DNA of 64,000 bases, taken from Candidatus Kerfeldbacteria bacterium (GTDB lineage: Bacteria; Patescibacteriota; Patescibacteriia; SBBC01; CAIJZX01). Both the position numbers and the translations under genes were made by a program. The stretch covers positions 692,257 to 756,256 of the forward strand of contig CAVSWO010000002.1 of NCBI GenBank assembly GCA_963731735.1. Direction: 5' to 3'. Under the pieces are notes generated by a model, which was given only the letters and a program-made list of their open reading frames with translations, made no database searches and was not told the DNA's origin. Below, piece after piece: positions 17,838 through 26,045 of the stretch; the first letter of the stretch is position 1; every line of letters begins with the position of its first letter.

Positions 17838-18896
17838 ATGAATAATACTCGTGGGTTACGGTTATTAGATGCATATGATTACGTGCTTCCGGATTGGCAA
17901 ATCGCCCAACAGCCGGCCAGTCCGCGCGATGCGGCCAAGCTACTAGTCTACGATCGCCAGTCCGGTGAAATGTGTGTTGACACCTTTCGACACCTGACAG
18001 ACTATCTCCCCAAACACGCGGTTCTGGTTTTCAATCAAAGCAAAGTTATTCCCGCCCGCGTGATCGCGAAAAAAGATACCGGTGGGAAAGTTGAACTGCT
18101 GATTTTGCGCTGGCAGGGGAGAAAGGTGACGGCTATTGCCGATCGCCGCCTCGCGCGCGGACAGACAGTCTCCATCGGGCCGAATGCGCTGGTGGTAACC
18201 GGTCAGCACGAAGCGGAATTTTCCTTGCAAATGAAATTTGCTCCGACCAGGTTCATGGCCGTGCTTGATCGCTACGGCGCGGCACCGATTCCGCCCTATA
18301 TCAAACACACGCCGCTGTCGCAGGCTAAACTTAAAAAAGAGTACCAAACAATTTTTGCCAAGCAGCCCGGTTCCGCCGCCGCGCCGACCGCTTCGTTGCA
18401 CTTTACCAACCGCTTACTGCGTCAAATACACGCCGCCGGAGTGGCATCAGCCTTCGTGACGCTCCACGTCGGGCTCGGAACTTTTGCGCCATTGAAATCC
18501 GAAAATCTCCAATCAGGCAAACTGCATGCGGAACAGTTCGAAATCTCGCCGGCGGCCGCGGCCCGCTTGAATCGATACAAGCAACAGGGTCGACCGATCA
18601 TCGCGGTTGGAACGACTGTCGCACGCACATTAGAATCAGCAACGCGCCTGCCTGCCGGACAGGCAGGCCGCGGCCGCCTCAGCCAATTGACTGGCGCCAC
18701 CCAACTCTTCATCCGTCCGGGGTATGGCTGGAAATTCGTTGATGGGTTAATTACCAATTTTCACGTGCCGCGATCGAGTTTGATGATGCTGGTGTCGGCC
18801 ATGACCGGACGTCAGGAATTACTGGCGCTGTACGAATTTGCTAAGCGCAAAAAATTCAGATTTTTCTCGTTCGGGGACGGGATGTTGGTGCGGTAG
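17838..18896 (+). CDS. queA: S-adenosylmethionine:tRNA ribosyltransferase-isomerase
   Basis: YDYVLP..IAQ.P..PRD, PIPPYI, YQTIFA, AAPTASLHF, LHVGLGTF, TNFH.P.S, FFSFGDGM; exact start uncertain. Confidence 0.96.
   Translation: MNNTRGLRLLDAYDYVLPDWQIAQQPASPRDAAKLLVYDRQSGEMCVDTFRHLTDYLPKHAVLVFNQSKVIPARVIAKKDTGGKVELLILRWQGRKVTAIADRRLARGQTVSIGPNALVVTGQHEAEFSLQMKFAPTRFMAVLDRYGAAPIPPYIKHTPLSQAKLKKEYQTIFAKQPGSAAAPTASLHFTNRLLRQIHAAGVASAFVTLHVGLGTFAPLKSENLQSGKLHAEQFEISPAAAARLNRYKQQGRPIIAVGTTVARTLESATRLPAGQAGRGRLSQLTGATQLFIRPGYGWKFVDGLITNFHVPRSSLMMLVSAMTGRQELLALYEFAKRKKFRFFSFGDGMLVR
18647..18667. repeat. 21-bp palindromic mini-element inserted in frame in queA
   Basis: CCTGCCTGCCGGACAGGCAGG adds 7 codons (ATR-LPAGQAG-RGR) in the loop after VARTLES. 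Confidence 0.75.
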
Positions 18897-18928
18897 CAGA
18901 TAATGCGTGTGCGTGATAAACTGCAGCT

Positions 18929-19510
18929 ATGGAGTCACGCAAAGTCTTGGCATTAGCCGGAAGCCTACGCAAAAACTCTTTCAATCGACGGGCCCTACGT
19001 ATCGCGATACGGCTGGCCGAAGCACAGGGAGCTACGGTGACGGAGCTCGACCTCAAGACGCTGGATTTGCCGCTGTATGACCAAGATATTCAAGACGCCG
19101 GTTTGCCGGAGTCGGTGCAGCAACTGAAGCGCATGGTTGAGGCCAGCGAAATGGTGATGATCGCGAGTCCGGAATACAATTATTCAATTCCGGGAGTCCT
19201 AAAAAATGCGCTCGATTGGGGTTCACGGCTGGGGAATAGCTGGAACGGCAAGACTACAGTTCTTTTTGGCGTCTCAAACGGCCGCTATGCGACGGTTCGC
19301 GGACAATTTCATTTACGACAGTCCATTACCGCCCTCAATATGTTAGCGCTTCCGCAGCCGATGGTGCTGGTCCCGAATGGCGATGACGCCTTCACCCCTG
19401 ACGGAGAATTTGTTGACCCGACCTTGACGGAACGGTTGAAAAAATTGATTGCCGCGACGCTAGCCATCACACCGGCTTTTCAGGCCTCACTGACTTTATC
19501 AAAACCCTAG
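18929..19510 (+). CDS. NADPH-dependent FMN reductase (ChrR/SsuE family)
   Basis: GSLRKNSFN, SPEYNYSIPGVLKNALDW. Confidence 0.93.
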   Translation: MESRKVLALAGSLRKNSFNRRALRIAIRLAEAQGATVTELDLKTLDLPLYDQDIQDAGLPESVQQLKRMVEASEMVMIASPEYNYSIPGVLKNALDWGSRLGNSWNGKTTVLFGVSNGRYATVRGQFHLRQSITALNMLALPQPMVLVPNGDDAFTPDGEFVDPTLTERLKKLIAATLAITPAFQASLTLSKP

Positions 19511-19512
19511 GT

Positions 19513-21348
19513 ATGACATCCAGTACAAAAATACGCCAACTCAATCAGCTAATTCGTTACCACCTGATCCGAATGACGACCGCGGCTGGATCGGGGCACT
19601 TGTCGTCATCGCTTTCGGCGGTTGAACTGATGACAGGTCTCATGTACTCCGGCGTCTTCCGGGCCGACCTCAAAAAACCCGACTACCCGAATAACGATCG
19701 GCTGATTTTTTCAAAGGGGCACGCGGCCCCATTACTCTATGCATTGTACGCCGTGGCCGGCGCGCTTCCCACCGCCCAGCTCACAACCCTGCGGAAATTT
19801 GGCAGTCCGCTGGAAGGCCATCCAATGCCTGAATTTCGCTATACCGAGGCTCCGACGGGCTCACTCGGGCAAGGGGTGTCTGTAGCCCTGGGAGAGGCAC
19901 TGGGGGCTAAATTAGGCCGTCTGAGCTACCATGTCTACTGTCTGCTGGGGGACTCGGAAATGGCCGAGGGGAGCGTCTGGGAGGCCATCCAGCTCGCGGG
20001 TTTTCGTCGGGTCGGGAACCTGATTGGGATAATTGATTTTAACCGACTAGGCCAATCCGGCGCGACCATGTACGGCCGGAATGCCCGTGGGTTAGCCAAA
20101 CGCATCCAAGCGTTTGGCTGGGAAGTGCTAGTTATCGACGGCCACGATATCACCCAAGTGCAAGCAGCCTATCGCAGGGCCCAGCAATCGAAATCTCGCC
20201 CGACCATGATCATTGGCCAGACCGTCAAGGGCAAAGGCGTAGCACTAATGGAAAATAAAAATGGTTGGCACGGAAAAGCGCTGACAAAGGAGCAGGCGGC
20301 GCAGGCTTTGGACGAGCTCGGACCGGTGGATCTGCGCCTGCGTGGCACGGTGGCCACGCCCTCGCGCCAACGGATGCATCTGCCTGCTAAAAATCCAGCT
20401 GGCAAAATGCACTACCGACGCGGTCAATCAATTGCGCCTCGCGCCGCGCTCGGGCGCGGCCTGGCCCGGCTAGCTCCGGCCGTTCCGGAACTGGTCGTGC
20501 TGGACGGTGAAGTCAAGAATTCGACCGATACCGAAATATTCGCAAAGAAATTTCCTTCACGCTTTATCGAAGGCTATATTGCCGAGCAAAATCTGGTTGG
20601 TATGTGCGGTGGTTTAGCCAAGCGGGGATGGCGACCGGTCTTCGCGACCTTTGCGGCCTTTTTAACGCGGGCGTATGACCAGTTACGGATGCAATCCTAC
20701 GCCGGAACTGACCAGGTCTATATCGGGACGCACGCTGGAGTCGAGATCGGCCAAGATGGCGTCTCGCAAATGGGTTTGCAGGACCTTGCTATGTTTCGGA
20801 CATTAGAAGACACCACGATACTCTATCCGAGTGACGCGGTGGCGTCGGAAAAATTATTGGAACAAGCACTACGAGCCAAAGGCACTGTTTATCTCCGCAC
20901 GACGCGCGGCGCCTTGCCGGTTCTGTATCCGAACAGCACCGCCTTCCCGGTTGGCGGCAGCCATGTGCTGCGAAAATCACCGAGGGATCGGTGTACAATT
21001 GTGACCGCCGGCGCGACCTTGCACGAAGCGTTGCAAGCCGCCGATGAACTGGCCGAGCAAAAAATCGCGGTTCGGGTGATTGATCTCTACTCGATTAAGC
21101 CGATTGATACCCAAACCCTCACGCGAGCGGTCCGGGACACCGGCCAGCTCTTGGTGGTTGAAGATCACTATCCCGAAGGCGGAATCGCGGAAGCCGTCCG
21201 CAGTGCGCTTGGGAAAAACGCTGGATCGGTTGTTTCGCTGGCAGTTATCAAAACGCCAACCAGCGGATCACCCAACCAACTCTATGCTTACGAAAACTTG
21301 GATGCGCGTTCGATTGCGCGGCGGGTACAACGGCTGATTCGATCATGA
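19513..21348 (+). CDS. tkt: Transketolase
   Basis: SGH, DRLIFSKGH, GSLGQG, GDSE..EG..WEA, IAEQ, DG.SQ. Confidence 0.95.
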   Translation: MTSSTKIRQLNQLIRYHLIRMTTAAGSGHLSSSLSAVELMTGLMYSGVFRADLKKPDYPNNDRLIFSKGHAAPLLYALYAVAGALPTAQLTTLRKFGSPLEGHPMPEFRYTEAPTGSLGQGVSVALGEALGAKLGRLSYHVYCLLGDSEMAEGSVWEAIQLAGFRRVGNLIGIIDFNRLGQSGATMYGRNARGLAKRIQAFGWEVLVIDGHDITQVQAAYRRAQQSKSRPTMIIGQTVKGKGVALMENKNGWHGKALTKEQAAQALDELGPVDLRLRGTVATPSRQRMHLPAKNPAGKMHYRRGQSIAPRAALGRGLARLAPAVPELVVLDGEVKNSTDTEIFAKKFPSRFIEGYIAEQNLVGMCGGLAKRGWRPVFATFAAFLTRAYDQLRMQSYAGTDQVYIGTHAGVEIGQDGVSQMGLQDLAMFRTLEDTTILYPSDAVASEKLLEQALRAKGTVYLRTTRGALPVLYPNSTAFPVGGSHVLRKSPRDRCTIVTAGATLHEALQAADELAEQKIAVRVIDLYSIKPIDTQTLTRAVRDTGQLLVVEDHYPEGGIAEAVRSALGKNAGSVVSLAVIKTPTSGSPNQLYAYENLDARSIARRVQRLIRS

Positions 21349-22154
21349 ACCTCTTCCTGGCCGACATCGGAGCTACCAAGAGTCGATTCGCGCGATCTGA
21401 TGGCCGGCGATTGGGAAAAATCGTTACCTATCCGACCCCGCCGACGTGGAAGGCTGGCCGGGCACTGATTGCGCAAGCCGCTGAACAGCTCTTCGGGAAA
21501 CAAAAAATTTCGGCTGGGGTACTGGGGCTGCCCGGTGAACTCAACCCGACTCACACCAAGCTTGTTTCGGCCGGCAACCTCAAAGGCTGGGTGGGTCAGC
21601 CTATTCACGCCTGGGTAGGTTCCCATATCTGCGCCCGGGTGCAATTGGAAAATGATGCGCTCTTGAACGGATTGGGTGAAGCCATCTACGGCGCGGGGCG
21701 AGGGTATGCGATCGTGGGATTCTTGACGGTCAGCACCGGTATCAACGGGATTCGAATAGTCAATCAACGTCCGGACGTGCGCGGGTTTGCCATGGAATTG
21801 CGGCATATGTTGGTGCACCACCACGGCGAAAACTTGACGCTCGGCCAATCTATTTCCGGGCGAGCCATCGCGCTCCGTCACGGCAATCGCCCGGCTGATC
21901 GAATAAAAAATCGAGGGGTGTGGTCGCGAGCGGTCAGTACCTTAGCCACGGCCGTGATCAATTTGGAGTTGGCCTGGACGCCGAACATCATGGTACTGGG
22001 CGGACCGGTGCTTGAATCGTTATCGATGCTCAAACTGCGCCAAGCAATTCGAACCAAATGGCGGCATCACGCGCCCCCGCCGCGGTTAGTGCGGGGGAGT
22101 CTGGGTGATCGTTCGGGACTGTATGGCGCCCTGGCGCTTGCGCGTCAACGCTAA
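21345..22154 (+). CDS. ROK family sugar kinase
   Basis: ADIGATK, LENDA..GLGEA..GAG, TVSTG, SGLYGA. Confidence 0.85.
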   Translation: MNLFLADIGATKSRFARSDGRRLGKIVTYPTPPTWKAGRALIAQAAEQLFGKQKISAGVLGLPGELNPTHTKLVSAGNLKGWVGQPIHAWVGSHICARVQLENDALLNGLGEAIYGAGRGYAIVGFLTVSTGINGIRIVNQRPDVRGFAMELRHMLVHHHGENLTLGQSISGRAIALRHGNRPADRIKNRGVWSRAVSTLATAVINLELAWTPNIMVLGGPVLESLSMLKLRQAIRTKWRHHAPPPRLVRGSLGDRSGLYGALALARQR

Positions 22155-22217
22155 TATGCTACCGTAGAAGGACTTCACATGTATCCGGCGCCACCGGCGC
22201 CGAAAGGAGGTGAGGGT

Positions 22218-22319
22218 ATGGAACAATGTCCAATGTGCGGGGCCGAAGTCGAAGACATGGAAAAGCACAAAATGGAGGTCCACCCGGAACACGGGGGCGA
22301 TGACGAAGCCGAAGGCTAA
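22218..22319 (+). CDS. 33-aa C2H2 zinc-finger-like microprotein
   Basis: SD AAGGAGGTG; MEQCPMCGAEVEDMEKHKMEVHPEHGGDDEAEG; terminator downstream; below ORF-track cutoff. Confidence 0.75.
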   Translation: MEQCPMCGAEVEDMEKHKMEVHPEHGGDDEAEG

Positions 22320-22331
22320 CGTCGGCAAAGA

Positions 22332-22359
22332 AGCCTCGACGAATGCACGGGGCTTTTTT
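22332..22359 (+). terminator. Intrinsic terminator
   Basis: AAGCCTCG..CGGGGCTT followed by T tract. Confidence 0.65.
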
Positions 22360-22373
22360 GATGGAACAGGCCC

Positions 22374-22402
22374 TTGTCAGGAAGGAATCAGGGTGGTAGA
22401 GT
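22374..22402 (+). promoter_or_regulatory. Sigma70 promoter for the tRNA-Pro locus
   Basis: TTGTCA(22374)-17-TAGAGT(22397) with extended TG. Confidence 0.65.
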
Positions 22403-22473
22403 AGCCCTGCTTTTGTATCGGGGTGTGGCACAGTTTCCCGACGGAAGTCGGGATAAAGTCCGCGCTCAACCTG

Positions 22474-22622
22474 TCCCGCAAAACTCGATTTTTTTCTGCC
22501 ACCGTGGGCGGGGTGTGGCGCAGTTGGTAGCGCGCATCGTTCGGGACGATGAGGCCGTGGGTTCAAGTCCCGCCACCCCGACCACGGTGGCAAAAGAAAA
22601 CATAGACGTGTTTGATGCGGGA
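22474..22622. mobile_element. Hairpin insertion carrying a full tRNA-Pro copy
   Basis: Arms TCCCGCAAAAC..TTTTTTCTGCCACCGTGG / CCACGGTGGCAAAAGAAAA..GTTTGATGCGGGA; mobility is inferred. Confidence 0.7.
22509..22584 (+). tRNA. tRNA-Pro(CGG), intact inner copy
   Basis: CGGGGTG/CACCCCG stem, CATCG-TTCGGGA-CGATG arm, GTTCAAGT, CCA. Confidence 0.96.
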
Positions 22623-22723
22623 TTCGGGACGATGAGGCCGTGGGTTCAAGTCATATTAACCCGACCAAACAACTCAACGGGACTTTACAGAATGTAGCCG
22701 ATTTTGTTATACCGAAATCGTTA

Positions 22724-22850
22724 GGACTTGAAGGGCCGAGGACGGCTGCCGGTGGCAGGCGACCGCAGGCCCGGGCTTGGCCGGAGCGACGAGCGGGAAC
22801 CTCGACGGGGTCGCGAGGAGCAAAGGAAAAGAAGTCTCGCCACCCGACCA
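22724..22850. repeat. GC-rich structured element ending in a third tRNA-Pro 3'-end remnant
   Basis: Starts GGACTTGAA (reverse complement of T-arm TTCAAGTCC), contains CTGCCGGTGGCAG, ends AAGTCTCGCCACCCGACCA. Confidence 0.6.
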
Positions 22851-22909
22851 AGAACTTGATTTTATTTATCGCACGGCGTAGACTTACGGCTACGCATTTT
22901 TTGCGTTCT

Positions 22910-23602
22910 ATGGTTACTCATCACGGCGTCAAACACCTCGGAATCATCATGGACGGCAACCGCCGGTGGGCGCGTAAACGCGGCCTGCCGACGCTTTTCG
23001 GGCACCAAAAAGGATACGATAATTTTAAGCGCGTCGGCGACTGGTGCCTGGAACGCGGGATTGAAGTCATGACTGTCTTCGCGTTTTCGACCGAAAATTG
23101 GAAGCGCTCCAAACGGGAAGTCAGTTACTTGATGCGACTGTTAGAAATCGCGGTCACCCGGGATTTAGACGAGCTGCATCGCAAGAATATTCGATTATCG
23201 GTTATTGGCCGGGTGTCTGAACTTCCGAAGCGGCTCCAACACCACATCCGCCACGCCATGCAAAAAACCAAGCATAATACCCGCGGCACTCTGCAGCTGG
23301 CTATTAATTACGGCGGACGGGCGGAAATCGTTGATGCCGTCAAAAAAATTTACCGAACCGCCAAATCGGCTTCGCATATTTCCGAAGCTTCAATCAGCCA
23401 AGCGCTGTATACCGCCAATCAACCAGATCCGGATATGATCATCCGGACTTCGGGCGAAATGCGAACCAGCGGCTTTTTGGCCTGGCAGGGCGTTTACAGC
23501 GAACTCTACTTCACCAAAAAAATGTGGCCGGAATTTTCGGAACACGACCTGGATGTCGCCCTCCAAGAGTTTAAAAACCGGCAACGTCGTTTCGGAAAAT
23601 AG
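22910..23602 (+). CDS. uppS: Undecaprenyl diphosphate synthase
   Basis: HLGIIMDGNRRWA, FSTENWKR, NYGGR, IRTSGEMRTSGF, RRFG. Confidence 0.97.
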   Translation: MVTHHGVKHLGIIMDGNRRWARKRGLPTLFGHQKGYDNFKRVGDWCLERGIEVMTVFAFSTENWKRSKREVSYLMRLLEIAVTRDLDELHRKNIRLSVIGRVSELPKRLQHHIRHAMQKTKHNTRGTLQLAINYGGRAEIVDAVKKIYRTAKSASHISEASISQALYTANQPDPDMIIRTSGEMRTSGFLAWQGVYSELYFTKKMWPEFSEHDLDVALQEFKNRQRRFGK

Positions 23603-23687
23603 TCGGGAAGGGACGCACGTCCGGCCCGAATCTTGGGGCCGTTTTTGGTGCCCGGCAAAACCTGAAAATGTGGTATACTATCGGGTG

Positions 23688-24974
23688 ATGGCCGACTTGT
23701 TTACCGCGCAGTTTCAGGAGGATATCGCGAGCCAGGCGCCGCTGGCCGATCGGATGCGACCGAAGACGCTGGCCGACTTTGTGGGGCAGGAGACGGTGGT
23801 TGGAGCCAAGACGTTGTTGCGTCGGGCGATAGAGAACGACGAAATTTTTTCGATGATTTTATGGGGGCCGCCGGGTTCCGGAAAAACCACCTTGGCCAAA
23901 ATCATCGCCGGACTGACCAAATCGCACTTTGTGTTTCTGTCGGGCGTGATGAGCGCCAAAAGCGATTTACTGGCGGCCGTGACCGAGGCCCAAGAACGGC
24001 GCAAGTTGCATCGTCAACGCACAATTTTATTTGTCGACGAAATTCATCGCTGGAATAAAGCCCAGCAGGACGCCTTGCTTCCTTACGTCGAAAACGGGAC
24101 CGTCACCATGATCGGTGCGACCACGGAAAATCCGAGTTTTGAAGTCATCGGCCCATTGCTGTCCCGCAGCAAAGTTTTTGTGCTGGAACGCTTACAGTCG
24201 GAGCACCTGAAAAAAATTCTGACGCAAACCCTGGCCGATGAAAAGCGCGGATACGGCAAAGTGCCGATTACCCTTGAGCCGAAGGCGCTTGAACTGCTGG
24301 CCACGGCGGCCAATGGCGACGCGCGGACGGCCTTGAATACGCTGGAGCTTGCCATCAAATCCACTCCGGCCAAGCAAGGTCGACAAACGGTCACCGCCGC
24401 GACGGTCGCCGAGGCTTTCCAAAAACCACACTTGCTGCATGACAAACACGGCGAGGAGCATTACAATATCATCTCGGCGTACATTAAGTCGATGCGCGGG
24501 TCCGATCCGGATGCAGCCTTGTATTGGTTGGGACGCATGATCGAAGCCGGGGAAGATCCGTTGTTCCTGGCCCGTCGGATGGTCATTTTTGCTTCGGAAG
24601 ACGTCTCGATGGCGGACAGCCAAGCCTTGCCGCTGGCGATGGCCTGTTTTGAAGCCTGTGATCGAATCGGGTTGCCCGAATGCGTCATTCCCTTAGCCCA
24701 TGTGACGGTCTATTTAGCGACCTGCCCAAAATCCAACGAGACGTACGTCGCCTATGGCAAGGCGGTGGCTGATGTGCAGGCCAGTCTGAACGCACCAGTT
24801 CCGCTCCATTTACGTAACGCGCCGACCAAGTTGATGCGGGACCTGGGGTATCATCACGGCTATAAATATTCCCATGACTTTGATCAGGAAACCGGCCAAC
24901 AGCAATATCTTCCGGATGATCTCGCCGACCATACCTACTATACCCCGATCAAAAATCCGTTTCGAAAATCATGA
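23688..24974 (+). CDS. rarA: Replication-associated recombination protein A
   Basis: PLADRMRP, GPPGSGKTT, DEIHR, GATTENPSF, KSMRGSDPDAA, VPLHLRNAPT. Confidence 0.96.
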   Translation: MADLFTAQFQEDIASQAPLADRMRPKTLADFVGQETVVGAKTLLRRAIENDEIFSMILWGPPGSGKTTLAKIIAGLTKSHFVFLSGVMSAKSDLLAAVTEAQERRKLHRQRTILFVDEIHRWNKAQQDALLPYVENGTVTMIGATTENPSFEVIGPLLSRSKVFVLERLQSEHLKKILTQTLADEKRGYGKVPITLEPKALELLATAANGDARTALNTLELAIKSTPAKQGRQTVTAATVAEAFQKPHLLHDKHGEEHYNIISAYIKSMRGSDPDAALYWLGRMIEAGEDPLFLARRMVIFASEDVSMADSQALPLAMACFEACDRIGLPECVIPLAHVTVYLATCPKSNETYVAYGKAVADVQASLNAPVPLHLRNAPTKLMRDLGYHHGYKYSHDFDQETGQQQYLPDDLADHTYYTPIKNPFRKS

Positions 24975-25720
24975 TTCACTTCAAACCATTTAAATTTGGT
25001 CGCCCGGAATACATCTTCCTCTCGGTTTTTCTCGGGTTGACGATCCTGACGATCGGGGCAGCTAACATTCCGGCTTTTGCCAACTGGTATCAGCATGTCA
25101 ATGCGGTCTGGAGTGATTGGGCGATTACCTATGGCTACTGGGGGGCCTTTCTGGCGTCGTTTGTGGGCAGCATCACGGTGGTGTTTATATTTCCATATAC
25201 GCTGATTGTTTTTTTTCTGGCCACCCAAGGCTTAGACCTGGCCTGGCTAGGGATTATGATGGGCCTGGGGGCAGCGATTGGCCAAATGTCCGGGTATCTC
25301 ATTGGACTCTGGGGAGCGGGAGCCTTTCAGCGCAGCCGCCCGACCGAATATGATGCGATGGAACGAATCGTAGCCTTTCGCCCGAAATTAGTTTTGTGGC
25401 TGCTGTTCGTGTTCGCGGTCACCCCGTTACCCGATGATGTCCTGTTTATTCCGCTCGGCATGCTCCGCTATCCGTGGTGGAAAGTCTTTTTGCCGACCGT
25501 CGCGGGTAAAGTAATCACGGGCTTTATTGTCACCTACTCCAGTCTGGCTTTCCCGCACCTCTTTTCCTTAGACTCCGCCCCGACCCTGGGCGCTTTGATT
25601 AATCAAATCGGCTCCTACTTTACGATTATCGCGCTGCTGTACCTGATCTTTAAACTTGATTGGACGCGCATGATGCATCGACTATTAGACGGTCATCCGT
25701 CACAAACGCCAACCGCATGA
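24971..25720 (+). CDS. DedA/VTT (SNARE-associated) family membrane protein
   Basis: Multiple TMs; GAAIG..GY.IG, TPLPDD..IPLG, GK motif. Confidence 0.8.
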   Translation: MIHFKPFKFGRPEYIFLSVFLGLTILTIGAANIPAFANWYQHVNAVWSDWAITYGYWGAFLASFVGSITVVFIFPYTLIVFFLATQGLDLAWLGIMMGLGAAIGQMSGYLIGLWGAGAFQRSRPTEYDAMERIVAFRPKLVLWLLFVFAVTPLPDDVLFIPLGMLRYPWWKVFLPTVAGKVITGFIVTYSSLAFPHLFSLDSAPTLGALINQIGSYFTIIALLYLIFKLDWTRMMHRLLDGHPSQTPTA

Positions 25721-26040
25721 CCCGCGAACGCTGGGACGAATTTGTCGGTCGAGTCAAGGATAAGTTTACGGTTATCACCCAGGGAACCGAACCGCGCGAC
25801 GAAGGTGAGCCGGGTGGCATCGAATTTCTTGAATTTGAAAGCCCGCTGGGTGTTATTCGCTGTGAATATGAATGGCATCCGAAGATTATCGGGAAACGCG
25901 CCCTCGGCGGGCACAAGGTTGGCGTCGGGGGTCGGGTGAAATATGAATATGATCCCCATGAAACCACCGGCCAATTAACCGTCTTACAAGCGGCTGGCGA
26001 CGAGTGGCAGGAAATTGACGCCGGGATGTTCGCGGGCTAA
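25717..26040 (+). CDS. Hypothetical protein
   Basis: 107-aa ORF coupled by ATGA overlap, ending 5 nt before mutM. Confidence 0.75.
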   Translation: MTRERWDEFVGRVKDKFTVITQGTEPRDEGEPGGIEFLEFESPLGVIRCEYEWHPKIIGKRALGGHKVGVGGRVKYEYDPHETTGQLTVLQAAGDEWQEIDAGMFAG

Positions 26041-26045
26041 GTCCG

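Larger units (their letters stand above)
22419..22667 (+). pseudogene. Outer split, decayed tRNA-Pro: 5' part 22419-~22470, 3' part 22623-22667
   Basis: CGGGGTGTGGCACAGTT then D-loop hairpin TCCCGACGGAAGTCGGGA; 22623-22652 equals 22540-22569; ends CCCGACCA. Confidence 0.8.

Noticed and set aside
22159-22909. ORFs over tRNA-Pro and the 90-aa extension of uppS
   Set aside because: They overlap tRNA and hairpin DNA; UppS similarity begins at 22910
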